Shown piece by piece: positions 39,860 through 49,777 of a stretch of DNA of 64,000 bases. A program made the position numbers and the translations under genes. Source of the stretch: Acidobacteriota bacterium (GTDB taxonomy: Bacteria; Acidobacteriota; UBA4820; DSQY01); assembly GCA_049967655.1 (NCBI GenBank), contig JBMFSH010000009.1, forward strand, positions 1 to 64,000, read 5' to 3'. Every line of letters begins with the position of its first letter. The stretch's first letter is position 1. The notes beneath the pieces are model-generated. The model was not told the DNA's origin and did not search any database. It worked only from the letters and a program-made list of their open reading frames with translations.

Positions 39860-41275
39860 CTAACCCTTTGCCGGCCTGAGTTTCCCGTTCAGCCCCGAGT
39901 GGCGAAAGCCATAGCCCCCGTAGATGGCCAGCCCGACCAGGAGCCAGACGAGGAAGCGAAGCCAGGTGATCAGCGGCAGGCTCAACATCAGGTACCCGCA
40001 GAGGAGGATTCCCAGGGCCGGGAGCACCGGGGTCAAGGGAGCCCTGAAGGGCCGGACCATGTCCGGCCTCGTGAAGCGGAGCACGATGACGCCGGCGCAG
40101 ACGATGATGAAGGCGAAGAGAGTCCCGATGGAGCAGAGCTCGGCCACCACGTTGATGGGGGTCAGCGCCGCGCTGACGGCCACGATGCATCCCGTGATCC
40201 AGGTGGTGACGTGGGGCGTCTGGAAGCGCGCGTGGACCTTGGAGAGGGCCTCGGGCAAGAGTCCGTCCCTCGACATGGCGAAGAGGATGCGGGGCTGCCC
40301 CATCAGGAGCACCAGAAGCACGCTGGTGATCCCGGCCAAGGCCCCCACGCTGATGAGCGCGCTGGCCCAGCGCATGTGCAGGACGTTCAGGACCAGGGCG
40401 ATGGGGTCGGCAACGCCCAGCTCCTTGTAGGGCACGATCCCCGTCATGATGGCCGCCACGGCCATGTAGAGGAGGGTGGCCACTACCAGAGAGGCGATGA
40501 TGCCGATGGGAAGGTCGCGCTGGGGGTTCCGAGCCTCTTCCGCTGTGGTGGAGACGGCGTCAAAGCCGATGTAGGCCAGAAACACGATGGCGGCCGCTGT
40601 CATGATGCCCTTCCAGCCGAAGGGGGCGAAGGGGATCCAGTTGGCCGGGTGGACGTACCACGCCGTCAGCGCGATGAAAACCAGGATCACGGAGACCTTG
40701 ATGACCACCACCGTGAGGTTCACGCGGCTGCTCTCCTTGATGCCTCGCACGAGGAGGTAGGAGATGGCGAGGACAATGAGGGCGGCGGGCAGGTCGAGCA
40801 GGCCGGGATGCTCGGCAAAGGGGGGCGCCGTGAGGGCGGCGGGGAGCTCCAGCCCCATGCCCTTGAGGAGGTTCACGAGGTAGGCCGACCACCCGATGGC
40901 CACCAGGCTCGCTCCCACCATGTACTCCAGAACGAGGTCCCAGCCGATGATCCAGGCGAAGATCTCGCCCAGGCAGGCGTATCCGTAGGTGTAGGCGCTT
41001 CCGGACACGGGGAGCATGGCGGCCAGCTCCGCGTAGCAGAGGGCGCTGCACGCGCAGGCCGCGGCGGCCACCGCGAAGGAGAGGATGATGCCGGGGCCCG
41101 CGTGCTTGGCAGCCTCCACGCCGGGCAGCACGAAGATGCCGACCCCGATGATGCAGCCGATGCCGATGGCGGTCAGGTCCCAGGCGGTGAGGACCTTTCG
41201 AAGGCGATGTCCCTCCCTCTCGGTCTCCGACACGAGCAGCGCCAGGGACTTGGTCCGGAAAAGCTTGTGAGCCAT
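39860..41275 (-). CDS. Amino acid permease (APC/CAT family)
   Basis: GIGCIIGVGIF, CYAELAAMLPVSGSAYTY, AYIGFDAVSTTAEE and RILFAMSRDGLLP. Confidence 0.93.
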   Translation of the reverse strand: MAHKLFRTKSLALLVSETEREGHRLRKVLTAWDLTAIGIGCIIGVGIFVLPGVEAAKHAGPGIILSFAVAAAACACSALCYAELAAMLPVSGSAYTYGYACLGEIFAWIIGWDLVLEYMVGASLVAIGWSAYLVNLLKGMGLELPAALTAPPFAEHPGLLDLPAALIVLAISYLLVRGIKESSRVNLTVVVIKVSVILVFIALTAWYVHPANWIPFAPFGWKGIMTAAAIVFLAYIGFDAVSTTAEEARNPQRDLPIGIIASLVVATLLYMAVAAIMTGIVPYKELGVADPIALVLNVLHMRWASALISVGALAGITSVLLVLLMGQPRILFAMSRDGLLPEALSKVHARFQTPHVTTWITGCIVAVSAALTPINVVAELCSIGTLFAFIIVCAGVIVLRFTRPDMVRPFRAPLTPVLPALGILLCGYLMLSLPLITWLRFLVWLLVGLAIYGGYGFRHSGLNGKLRPAKG

Positions 41276-41399
41276 GATCCTCCCCCTCACCTCATGAATG
41301 GACGGCCCTTATGCGGGGCCGAGTCCTGGCAGCATGGATCGAGACGGTGGAGGGTGGAGAAGGCCGCCGGCCGCGGCGCCGCGCCAGAGCTGCCCGGAG

Positions 41400-41858
41400 T
41401 CACTCCTTCTCCCCGTCGAAGTCCACGTCGTTCGGAATCTCGTTGGGATTCTTCTCCCCGGTGTAGGGGAAGTGGACCTTGAGGCGGCGGCCCACCTCCT
41501 CCACGGCCTCCACGAGCCCCTCGGTAAAATCTCCCTTTTTGAAGTTCTCCGAGAGCCTCGCCGCGACCGCCTCCCAGAACTCCTGCCCCACGTGCTGGTG
41601 GATGCCCTCATCGCCGATGATGCTGAAGCGTCGGCGGGACGGAACCACGAAGATCAGGACGCCGTTCCGGTGCTGAGTGCGATCCATGCCCATCCTGGTG
41701 AAGGCCTTCTGGGCGGTCCGGTGCACGCCGCCCCAGAAGAAATGGGCCACCGATACCCGGATCTCGCCCGAGGTCATGCGCTCGGCCTCCTCGATGGCGG
41801 CCTTCACCTTCTCCGCGTCCACGATGCGCCTCAGCCGGCGCCGGCTCATTCCGAACAT
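41400..41858 (-). CDS. TPM domain protein
   Basis: AERMTSGEIRV, RNGVLIFV, IIGDEGI and NPNEIPND. Third gene of the lemA-TPM-TPM operon. Confidence 0.85.
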   Translation of the reverse strand: MFGMSRRRLRRIVDAEKVKAAIEEAERMTSGEIRVSVAHFFWGGVHRTAQKAFTRMGMDRTQHRNGVLIFVVPSRRRFSIIGDEGIHQHVGQEFWEAVAARLSENFKKGDFTEGLVEAVEEVGRRLKVHFPYTGEKNPNEIPNDVDFDGEKE

Positions 41859-41871
41859 GAAGCGCCTCCCG

Positions 41872-42639
41872 TCACCACGAGCCCGAGGCCCCGCCGCCTC
41901 CCGAGCGCCCGCCGCCGCCGGAGAATCCTCCGCCGCCGCCCCCGAATCCACCTCCGCCGGCTCCCGAGAGGATCTGGAAGAGGAGGAAGATGGCCAGGGT
42001 GGGATGCGTGACAAGCAGGAAAAGGAACCCGATGAGAAGGAGCCCGCCCAGGATCATCTGCCAGATGGTCAGGCCGGCGGGCTGCCCGCTCCCACGGACC
42101 GCCCTGGCCGGTTGCGAAACCGTGGCCGCCTGGATGGGCTCCTTCCACTGGGCGCCGCCCAGGGTTCCCAGGATGCCCTCCACGCCCGCCGACACCGCGC
42201 CGTCGTAATCGTCGGCCTTGAGCTTGGGCAGCATGGCATCGTGGATGATGAGCCAGGCCGTGGCGTCGGGAAGCCGGCCCTCAAGGCCGTAGCCCACCTC
42301 GATGTGGAGCGATTTGTCCTGGGGGAAGACGAAGAGGGCGACGCCGTTGTCCTTGCCCTTCTGGCCGATGCGCCACGCGGCGAAGGCCTTGACGGCCCAG
42401 TCGTCGATGGGCACGCCGCCCGTGGTGGTCCCGATGTAGACGATGACCTGGTCGCCGGTCGCCTGCTGGAAGGCCTTGAGCCTTGCATTCAGCGCGTCGA
42501 GCGTGCCCGGGCTGAGCACTCCGGCCGCATCCGTAACCCACTGCGTGGGGGACGGCGGGATGGGAGTGCCCACGGCGCCTGTCCAGACCGTGCAGGCCAG
42601 CAAGGCCGGCAACAGGAAGAAGAGTCGCTTCAATCGCAT
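41872..42639 (-). CDS. TPM domain protein (YgcG-like)
   Basis: VTDAAGVL, WRIGQKGKDNGV, IEVGYGLEG.LPD and Gly-rich tail GGGGFSGGGGRSGGGGASGSW. Confidence 0.9.
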   Translation of the reverse strand: MRLKRLFFLLPALLACTVWTGAVGTPIPPSPTQWVTDAAGVLSPGTLDALNARLKAFQQATGDQVIVYIGTTTGGVPIDDWAVKAFAAWRIGQKGKDNGVALFVFPQDKSLHIEVGYGLEGRLPDATAWLIIHDAMLPKLKADDYDGAVSAGVEGILGTLGGAQWKEPIQAATVSQPARAVRGSGQPAGLTIWQMILGGLLLIGFLFLLVTHPTLAIFLLFQILSGAGGGGFGGGGGGFSGGGGRSGGGGASGSW

Positions 42640-42710
42640 GATGAAAGCCCCACTCGAAGGGGAGAGTTCAGGTCGCTTCCGATGCCACCTTCATCCGCCG
42701 CGGTCCTCGT

Positions 42711-43322
42711 TCAGAACTGGACCTTCGGAGCCGTCTCGGCACCGGCCTGGGCCTTGAAGTAGGGCTTGGGGTTGAACCGGCTCCCGAAGAAGCCGGCGAT
42801 GATGTTGGTGGGGAAGCTCTGGCGCCTGGTGTTGAAGGCCTGGGCCGCCTCGTTGAAGCGCATGCGCTCCACGGCGATGCGGTTCTCGGTCCCCTCCAGC
42901 TGGGCCTGGAGCTCCTGGAAGTTTTGCGTCGCCTTCAGGTCGGGGTAGCGCTCCACCACGGCCATGAGGTGGGAAAGCGCGGAGGATAGGCCATCCTGGG
43001 CCTGCTGGAAGCGGGCGAAGGCCTGCGGATTGTTGGCTATGCCCTGCAGACCCTGCGCCGAGATCTGGCCCACCTTGGAGCGGGCCTCGGCGACCTCGGT
43101 GAAGGTGCTCTTCTCAAAGGCCGCGGCGCCCTTGACCGTGGCCACCAGGTTGGGGATGAGGTCGGCCCTCCGCTGGTAGACGTTTTCCACCTGGGCCCAC
43201 TGGGACTGGACCGCCTGGTCCAGGCTGACGAGCGAGTTGTAGGTGATGATGGCGTAAAGACCGACCGCGAGGCCGAACAGGATCAGAATGCCGATGAGTC
43301 CTAGGGCCACCCATTTGAACAT
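42711..43322 (-). CDS. lemA: LemA family protein
   Basis: YNSLV, WAQVENVYQRRADLIPNLV, ERYPDLKA and LEGTENRIAVER. Confidence 0.93.
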   Translation of the reverse strand: MFKWVALGLIGILILFGLAVGLYAIITYNSLVSLDQAVQSQWAQVENVYQRRADLIPNLVATVKGAAAFEKSTFTEVAEARSKVGQISAQGLQGIANNPQAFARFQQAQDGLSSALSHLMAVVERYPDLKATQNFQELQAQLEGTENRIAVERMRFNEAAQAFNTRRQSFPTNIIAGFFGSRFNPKPYFKAQAGAETAPKVQF

Positions 43323-43391
43323 GCGCGCATCTCCTTTGTATGCCCCGTGGCGGGGGCGCTCTTCTTGAAAGCATAGCACAGAGGGGGGAGA

Positions 43392-43620
43392 GCGGAGTGG
43401 GAAGTGAGGCGTGAGGAGTAAGGAGTAAGGAGTAAAGAGTGAGGAGTAAGGTGTGAGAGGCGGAGAGGGCTGTAGGAAACCTCTCCAGAGGCCGATGCGC
43501 CGTGCCGCCTCCCCGCTCGCGCTCTGGAGGGCGCTCCCCCATCGGAGGAAATTCCATCGCGCAATTTGGGCCTTTCGCTTCCCTTGCTTTCTTGGTGTCC
43601 TGGTGTCTAGGTGGTGAATC
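43392..43620 (-). repeat. Composite intergenic repeat, copy 2 (inverted relative to 27771-28030)
   Basis: On the minus strand: gattcaccacctagacaccaggacaccaag, then a REP doublet (43470-43540), then a heptamer array that reads gtgagga/gtaagga x8 on the plus strand. Confidence 0.7.
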
Positions 43621-43709
43621 TGTTCTCTCCCTTTTCCGCCCTTCCCCCCGGATTTTGGTTATACTCTCCCTGCCGCCGTGGATTTGGCGTGCGGTTCGGG
43701 GGCAAAACC

Positions 43710-45347
43710 ATGGGCAGGCGTTTCACCGTCCTCTTCGCGGATGACGACCTCGGGGCCTACCGGCGCGAGCTGGAGCTGTATTTCGCCGTGGCCGAGCCCC
43801 AATGGGACCTCCGCTTCGCGACCAGCCTGAAGGAGGCCCTGGCCTACCTCTCCGCCGAGCGCGTGGACGCGGTGGTGCTGGACGTGGAGCTGACGCCGGG
43901 CGGCAAGGAGGGCATCCAGCTCCTGGTCCACCTGCGGCGCTACCAGGCCAATACCCCCATCATCGTGCTCACGGATGTCTCCGACGCCCGCGTGGTCCGG
44001 GATGCCTTCCTCTCCGAAACGCTGACGGAGGACTTCCGGCGCCAGGAGGTGGACCCCGACGGGTTCCTCTTCAAGGAGGAGATCCTCGCCAACCGGCGCT
44101 ACGACATCCTTCACTGGGAGCTATCCAGGGGCCTCCACCATTACGGACGGGTGGCCAACCCAAGGGGTATCCTCGTGACGCACGGCACGGACACCATGGC
44201 CTGGGGGCTCTGCTACCTGCGGTACGCGCTGAAAAACCTCACGGCCAACGTGGCGGTGACGGGCTCCCAGGTCCCGCTGGAGGGCTACTACTCCATCTCC
44301 GACGCGCTCGGCAACCTCAAGACATCCATCTACCTTCTGACCCGCCTGCGCCCCGCACACCTCTTCGCGGTCTTCAACAACGGGCAGAGCATCTTCTCGG
44401 GGAGGCTCACCAAGTACCGGAAGTGGCACACCGACGCCTTCGACGGCCGGGTGGCCGCCAGCGCCGGCCCCGAGGGCGTCCACACGCTCCGCAAGGACTG
44501 GGTGATCATCCCCTACGAAGACCAGCGGCTGGAGGAGCTCCACCTGGTACGCACGGGCGGCACCATCGAATCCCAGCGGGACTCCCAGGCCGAGGGGGCC
44601 CTCAAGCCCACCGGCGACTTTGTCTGGAAGTACCTGAACGACGCCCTCTCCGAGTTTTTCGCCACGGCGGTGCGTCACGATCTGTTCGCGCTCGACTCCT
44701 CCAACATGTCTTTCGAGGAGTGGGCCGGCGTGGCCGGGGAGATCGAGCGGATCGGCGTGGCCACCGCCGACACGCGATTCGACCTTTCGGTCAAGCCGGT
44801 CTACGCCAACCCCCTCTTCACCACCGAGGACTACCGCCGCCAGTTCTCGGCCTGCGGGCGCGGCGCCATCTTCGCGGGCTACGGGGGAGGCAACGCCAAC
44901 ACCTTTGAGCAGAGCTTCCGCTCCGTCCTTCCGGCCCTTCGGGAAGCCGTTAAGGCAGGCACCTTGGTGGGGATCACCTCCCAGGTGCCCCTGGAACCCT
45001 ACGACGCCGACTACGACGCCGGCCTGAACCTGCTGGAGGCGGGGGGGGTTCCGTGCGGCGACCTTCCCATGGCAGACGCTCAGGTCAAACTGAGCTACAT
45101 CCTGGGCCATCCCGAGGAGCTTCGGACTGCGGCTGCGGAGTCGGGGCTGCCGGAGGCTCTTCTCGTGACCGCCGGGTTCCTCTCCGGCGTGAGCATGCGA
45201 CGCGCCCTGGGCATGCAGACCTTCATCAAGCTCAAGGAGAGCCAGGGCATGCCGCTGCGCCTTCTTCCCGACGACCCCTTCGTCTCCAAGCCCTTCGATG
45301 TGGGATTGCGGGCCGTGGTGGAGGCCTGCGCCACCTGCCCGCGCTGA
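43710..45347 (+). CDS. Response-regulator receiver domain fused to a rearranged (permuted) type I asparaginase/glutaminase
   Basis: REC motifs: FADDD, VVLD, VLT and FLFK. Asparaginase motifs occur in the order HGTDT, TGSQ, SDA..NL, TK...DAF, then TGGTI, DSSNM, then the C-domain GYGGGN, TSQ and DL..ADA.VKLSYILG. Confidence 0.85.
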   Translation: MGRRFTVLFADDDLGAYRRELELYFAVAEPQWDLRFATSLKEALAYLSAERVDAVVLDVELTPGGKEGIQLLVHLRRYQANTPIIVLTDVSDARVVRDAFLSETLTEDFRRQEVDPDGFLFKEEILANRRYDILHWELSRGLHHYGRVANPRGILVTHGTDTMAWGLCYLRYALKNLTANVAVTGSQVPLEGYYSISDALGNLKTSIYLLTRLRPAHLFAVFNNGQSIFSGRLTKYRKWHTDAFDGRVAASAGPEGVHTLRKDWVIIPYEDQRLEELHLVRTGGTIESQRDSQAEGALKPTGDFVWKYLNDALSEFFATAVRHDLFALDSSNMSFEEWAGVAGEIERIGVATADTRFDLSVKPVYANPLFTTEDYRRQFSACGRGAIFAGYGGGNANTFEQSFRSVLPALREAVKAGTLVGITSQVPLEPYDADYDAGLNLLEAGGVPCGDLPMADAQVKLSYILGHPEELRTAAAESGLPEALLVTAGFLSGVSMRRALGMQTFIKLKESQGMPLRLLPDDPFVSKPFDVGLRAVVEACATCPR

Positions 45348-45369
45348 ACACTGGCCCCGCGGGGCTCTT

Positions 45370-46386
45370 CTATTCCCCCAGCTCTTCGCGCTCCTGGCTA
45401 TTGAGCCGGGCGAGGGCGGAGCGGTAGGGCCAGTCCTCCAGGAATCCCTCCTCCTTCAGGATGCCGAGCTTCGAGCGGTGAAACTCCCAGTAGTCCTCCG
45501 TGCTCAGCGCTTCAAGGCGGTCCGCCAGGTGCACCAGGCGGGCGAACCACTGGAGGATGGCCTGGAGCTGCGCCCTCTGCCACCAGGGCATGAAGGGGGT
45601 GCGGATGGGGGTGCCCTGCACGGGCAGCTGGACGGCAATGGCCAGTCTGGCCGCGGCGAAGAGGATGAAGGCGAGGTTGGCTCCGGCCAGGGCCAGAAGC
45701 GCGTGCCAAAGGGTCGGGTCGCGCCAGGCCACCCCCTCGACCAGCAGGCCGAGAAGCAGGAGTCCCGAGGCGGCCGCTCCGCCGAGGCTCACCCACGGCA
45801 CCCGCCACACGAGCCGTATGGGTGACTCCAGGGCCATGAGGGAGTAATACTCCCGGCGCACCTGTCCCGCGATCCCCTTCCACTCCAGGACCAGCCGGTC
45901 GTAGACGAAGGAGCAGCGCCACCTCCTGGCCCGCCCGGTCCACTCGCAATGGCCTAGGTCGAGGGCTTCGAAGACGCTCTGCAGCGGATAGCGCTTCTGC
46001 TCGACGCGCCGCTGCAGCTCGGCGATGAAGGCGCTGAAATCTCTCCCGGGCAGGCCGTGGAGCGAAAACAGCTCCTCTCCTTCGTATCCGTAGGCCCAGA
46101 CCGAGAGGAGTGACGCGCGCCAGAGCAGGAGGAGCCAGGCGGCCGTTATGGCCCCTCCGGCGACCGCCATGGTGGCGTAGTCCACGGCTATCAGGAGGGC
46201 CGCCGCGGCGAACCCGGCGCTTACGGCCGACAGGATCAGGAAGGTCCGCAGCGGGAAGGTCTGGCGGTGGTAGGTATCCCAGATCTCGTCGTAGTACACC
46301 ATATCGCTGCGGGTTTGCACACCGGAGGTGTACTCCTCCTCCACCACGCCCTCGGGCATGAGGGTGAAGCAGACGCGCGTCCCCAT
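45370..46386 (-). CDS. Hypothetical membrane protein with two TM hairpins and a SHOCT-like tail (start uncertain, may extend toward ~46430)
   Basis: Two hydrophobic hairpins, each preceded by a beta-rich segment, and C-terminal KLGILKEEGFLEDWPYRSALARL. Directly downstream of lptE. Confidence 0.6.
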   Translation of the reverse strand: MGTRVCFTLMPEGVVEEEYTSGVQTRSDMVYYDEIWDTYHRQTFPLRTFLILSAVSAGFAAAALLIAVDYATMAVAGGAITAAWLLLLWRASLLSVWAYGYEGEELFSLHGLPGRDFSAFIAELQRRVEQKRYPLQSVFEALDLGHCEWTGRARRWRCSFVYDRLVLEWKGIAGQVRREYYSLMALESPIRLVWRVPWVSLGGAAASGLLLLGLLVEGVAWRDPTLWHALLALAGANLAFILFAAARLAIAVQLPVQGTPIRTPFMPWWQRAQLQAILQWFARLVHLADRLEALSTEDYWEFHRSKLGILKEEGFLEDWPYRSALARLNSQEREELGE

Positions 46387-46417
46387 GTGGGGGCGCTCCT
46401 CGTGTCGGAACAACGGC

Positions 46418-46933
46418 TCAGGGGCCAGGGGTTCCCTCCAGAATGGAGGCCACGAGGGAGCGCGCGAAGTCCCTGGCCACCACGTCGTAGGCAACCACCT
46501 CCTGGTTGTAGTAGGAGGCTGGATTGGGAGAGGTCTCGTAGATCTCGCTAAAACGGTAACCCGAGGACTCGAAGAGGATTTTGCCCTCGGCGGTGACCAG
46601 GCGGACCCGGGCCGTCATGGTCACCTGGTAGCGGTTCGCCCGCCCGGCGGCGTCGTAAGAAAGTGGCGTCACGCCGTAACCGGTGATGGCGCCGGTCAGG
46701 ATGGCGTCGGCACCGGTTTTGGTGGACTGGACACGGACCCTGGCGCGCTGGACCAGCTCCCGGGTGACGGCCTCGGTGACCCGTTGCTCCAACTGGACCA
46801 CGGGCACCTGCCGCTCAAAGGGGAGCACCGCCACCGTCTTCACCGTGGGCGGGAGGGCTCCCGAGGCCCCCAGAAGTTGATAGCCGCAGCCGCCGAGCAG
46901 TCCCAGGAAGACGAGACCGAGTGTGAACCTCAT
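46418..46933 (-). CDS. lptE: LPS assembly lipoprotein LptE-like
   Basis: Lipobox LLGG-C followed by GYQL, then ADAILTGAI. Canonical position after leuS. Confidence 0.8.
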   Translation of the reverse strand: MRFTLGLVFLGLLGGCGYQLLGASGALPPTVKTVAVLPFERQVPVVQLEQRVTEAVTRELVQRARVRVQSTKTGADAILTGAITGYGVTPLSYDAAGRANRYQVTMTARVRLVTAEGKILFESSGYRFSEIYETSPNPASYYNQEVVAYDVVARDFARSLVASILEGTPGP

Positions 46934-46967
46934 CGGACGCCACACCACAACATTCGGTAGAGCCATC

Positions 46968-49424
46968 TCATTTCACCACAAAATTCACGATCCGCTTGGG
47001 CACCACCAGCTCCTTGATCACCCTCTTTCCTTCCAGCTGAGCACAGACTTTGTCGAGGGCCCTTGCCACCCGGAGGACCTCTTCGTCCGACGCCTCCGCG
47101 GGCACCGTGACCTGACCCCGCACCTTGCCGTTGACCTGGACGGCCATGGTCACCTCCTCCTCGCGGGCGATGACCGGATCGAAGCAGGGCCAGCCCCTGT
47201 CCACCAGAAACTCGCGGTGACCGAGGAGCTCCCACAGGGCGTCGGCGGCGTGCGGGCAGAAGGGCGAGAGCATGCGGACCAGGCTCTCCACCGCCTCCTT
47301 CACGACGAACCTCTCGGCCGGGGTCCCCCGGTAGGCGGGTAGATAGCCCTGCAGGGCGTTGGTCAGCTCCATGAGGCTGGCGATGGCGGTGTTGATTTTC
47401 AACCGGTCCGAGAGCTCCGCCGTGACCTTCGCGATGGTCCGGTGGGTCTTCCGGCGCAGCGCATCCACCTCGGGGCCGGCGGGCTCCTCCACGGGACCGG
47501 AGAGATCGCCGGCGAGCTCCTCCACGGTGGCGTAGATTCGGTTCAGGAAGCGGTAGGCGCCCTCGGCGCCGGCCTCCTTCCAGTCCAGCCGGTCCCATGG
47601 CGGCGAGAGGAAGAGGATGTTGAGGCGCACCGAGTCGGCGCCGTACTTTTCGATCATCTCGTCCGGCTCCACCAGGTTCCCCAGGCTCTTGCTCATCTTG
47701 GCGCCGTCCTTGATGACCATGCCCTGGCACATGAGGCGCTTCACGGGTTCGCCATAATTCAGCAGGCCAAGATCCCTCAGCACCATGGTAAAAAAACGGC
47801 AGTAGATGAGGTGCATGGTGGCGTGCTCGATGCCCCCGATGTAGAAGTCGATGGGGTTCCAGTATCGGACGGCGGAGCCGTCGAAGGGCGCCTCCGCCTC
47901 TTTCGGGCTGCAATAGCGCAGGAAGTACCAGGAGGAGTCCACGAAGGTGTCCATCGTGTCCGTCTCCCGCCGCGCTCTCCCCCCGCACTTCGGGCACGCG
48001 GCGCCCAGGAAACCCTCGTGCCCCGCCAGGGGGCTCTCGCCCTTGCCCGTGAAGGTGACGTCCATGGGCAGGAGGACGGGCAGTTCGGACTCGGGCACCG
48101 GCACCGTGCCGCACGTCTCGCAGTGGATCATGGGGATAGGCGTCCCCCAATACCGCTGGCGGGAGATGCCCCAGTCCTTGAGCCGGTAGGTCACCGTCAG
48201 TTCGCCAAACCCTTCCCTCCGGGCCCGTTCGGCCATGGCCTTGAGGGCTTCTCGATTGGGCATACCGTCGTAGGGGCCACTGTTCTCCATGACGCCGTCC
48301 GAGGCCACAGCCTCGGTCAGCTCCTCGCTCTTCAGGGATCCGCTCTGCACCACGACGCGGATCGGCAGCCCGTACGCCTTCGCGAATTCGAAGTCCCGCT
48401 GGTCGTGCGCCGGTACGCTCATGATGGCTCCCGTGCCGTACTCCATGAGGACGAAATTGGCCAGGTAGATGGGAATGGCCTCACCGGAGAAGGGATTCAG
48501 CGCGTAGGAGCCCGTGAAGACGCCCACCTTGTCCCGGGAGGTCGTTCGGTCGTGGGTGCTCTGGGAGCGGACCCGCGCTCGGAAAGACGCCACCTCCTGT
48601 CGACGCTCGGCGGTGGTCAACGCCTCCACCTCCGGATGTTCGGGGGCAAGAACCAGGTAGGTGGCGCCGTAGATGGTGTCCAGGCGCGTGGTGAAAATCC
48701 GGATCTTGCGCTCCTGGCCGGCCACGGGGAAATCCACGAGGGCCCCCTCCGACCGGCCGATCCAATTGCGCTGCATGGTCACCACTTCGGGAGGCCAGTC
48801 GGTGAGCTGGTCCAGGCCGTCGAGCAGCTCCTGGGCGTAGTCCGTGATGCGCAGGAACCACTGGTCCATCTCCCTCATGACCACGGGGTTGTGGCAGCGC
48901 CAGCAGGTGCCGCCTTCTACCTGTTCGTTGGCTAGAACGGTGGCGCAGTCGGGGCACCAGTTCACGGCTCGCTTCGCCTTGTAACAGAGGCCCCTTTCGA
49001 ACATCTTGAGGAAGAACCACTGGTTCCACCGGTAGTACTCGGGCTCGCAGGTCCGGACCTCCCGCTCCCAGTCGTAGAGGAACCCCAACCGCTGGAGCTG
49101 CCCCTTCATGGTCGCGATGTTGGCGTCGGTCCAGGCCTTCGGGTGCGTCTGGCCCTTGATGGCGGCGTTCTCCGCCGGCATGCCGAAGGCATCGAACCCC
49201 ATGGGATGCAGGACGTTCTCGCCCCTCATCCTCCGAAACCGCGCCACCACGTCGCCGATGGTGTAGTTCCGGACGTGGCCCATGTGGATCTTGCCGGAGG
49301 GATACATGAACATCTCCAGGCAGTAGAACTTGGCGCCTCCCTCCCTCTCCTCCATTCGGGCCACGCCCGCCTCCTGCCAGAGCTTTTGAAAGCGGGTCTC
49401 GATGGCGTGCGGATCGTAGGCCAT
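46968..49424 (-). CDS. leuS: Leucine--tRNA ligase
   Basis: YPSGKIHMGH (HIGH-like), GTGAIMSVPAHDQRD, DWGISRQRYWG, GGIEHA and KMSKS. Confidence 0.99.
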   Translation of the reverse strand: MAYDPHAIETRFQKLWQEAGVARMEEREGGAKFYCLEMFMYPSGKIHMGHVRNYTIGDVVARFRRMRGENVLHPMGFDAFGMPAENAAIKGQTHPKAWTDANIATMKGQLQRLGFLYDWEREVRTCEPEYYRWNQWFFLKMFERGLCYKAKRAVNWCPDCATVLANEQVEGGTCWRCHNPVVMREMDQWFLRITDYAQELLDGLDQLTDWPPEVVTMQRNWIGRSEGALVDFPVAGQERKIRIFTTRLDTIYGATYLVLAPEHPEVEALTTAERRQEVASFRARVRSQSTHDRTTSRDKVGVFTGSYALNPFSGEAIPIYLANFVLMEYGTGAIMSVPAHDQRDFEFAKAYGLPIRVVVQSGSLKSEELTEAVASDGVMENSGPYDGMPNREALKAMAERARREGFGELTVTYRLKDWGISRQRYWGTPIPMIHCETCGTVPVPESELPVLLPMDVTFTGKGESPLAGHEGFLGAACPKCGGRARRETDTMDTFVDSSWYFLRYCSPKEAEAPFDGSAVRYWNPIDFYIGGIEHATMHLIYCRFFTMVLRDLGLLNYGEPVKRLMCQGMVIKDGAKMSKSLGNLVEPDEMIEKYGADSVRLNILFLSPPWDRLDWKEAGAEGAYRFLNRIYATVEELAGDLSGPVEEPAGPEVDALRRKTHRTIAKVTAELSDRLKINTAIASLMELTNALQGYLPAYRGTPAERFVVKEAVESLVRMLSPFCPHAADALWELLGHREFLVDRGWPCFDPVIAREEEVTMAVQVNGKVRGQVTVPAEASDEEVLRVARALDKVCAQLEGKRVIKELVVPKRIVNFVVK

Positions 49425-49777
49425 GATGAAAGCCTCCTAAAGCCTTCTATGATAGGCCTTTTCCGCGCTTGGTCGCAAGGGGAGGATCGCGGAGCTAACA
49501 AAAGGGCGAATGAGGATTGGGGATTTGAAAAAGGCAAACCACAGAGGCGCGGAGACAGAGAGGAAGCGACGAATCGGAAAGAGCAACAAAGGGGGGGGCG
49601 GCCGACAGAAATCGGCCTCTACCGCCTTCCCTCGCCCCCTGGATTTCGAGACGAGGAGAAGTCCAAAGAACCTCTCACCCCGTGCGCTTGCTTCCTCCTG
49701 TCCCCTGTCCCCCGATCGTAGGGCGAGAAGGGCACCGCACACGGGGCGGTTATCACCTCTCACTCCGCCGCAGGCGG

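Noticed and set aside
43710..45347. REC-asparaginase as a pseudogene or two fused fragments
   Set aside because: There are no stops or frameshifts, codon bias is uniform, and each asparaginase motif appears exactly once, which fits a permutation better than decay. Misassembly cannot be excluded without reads.
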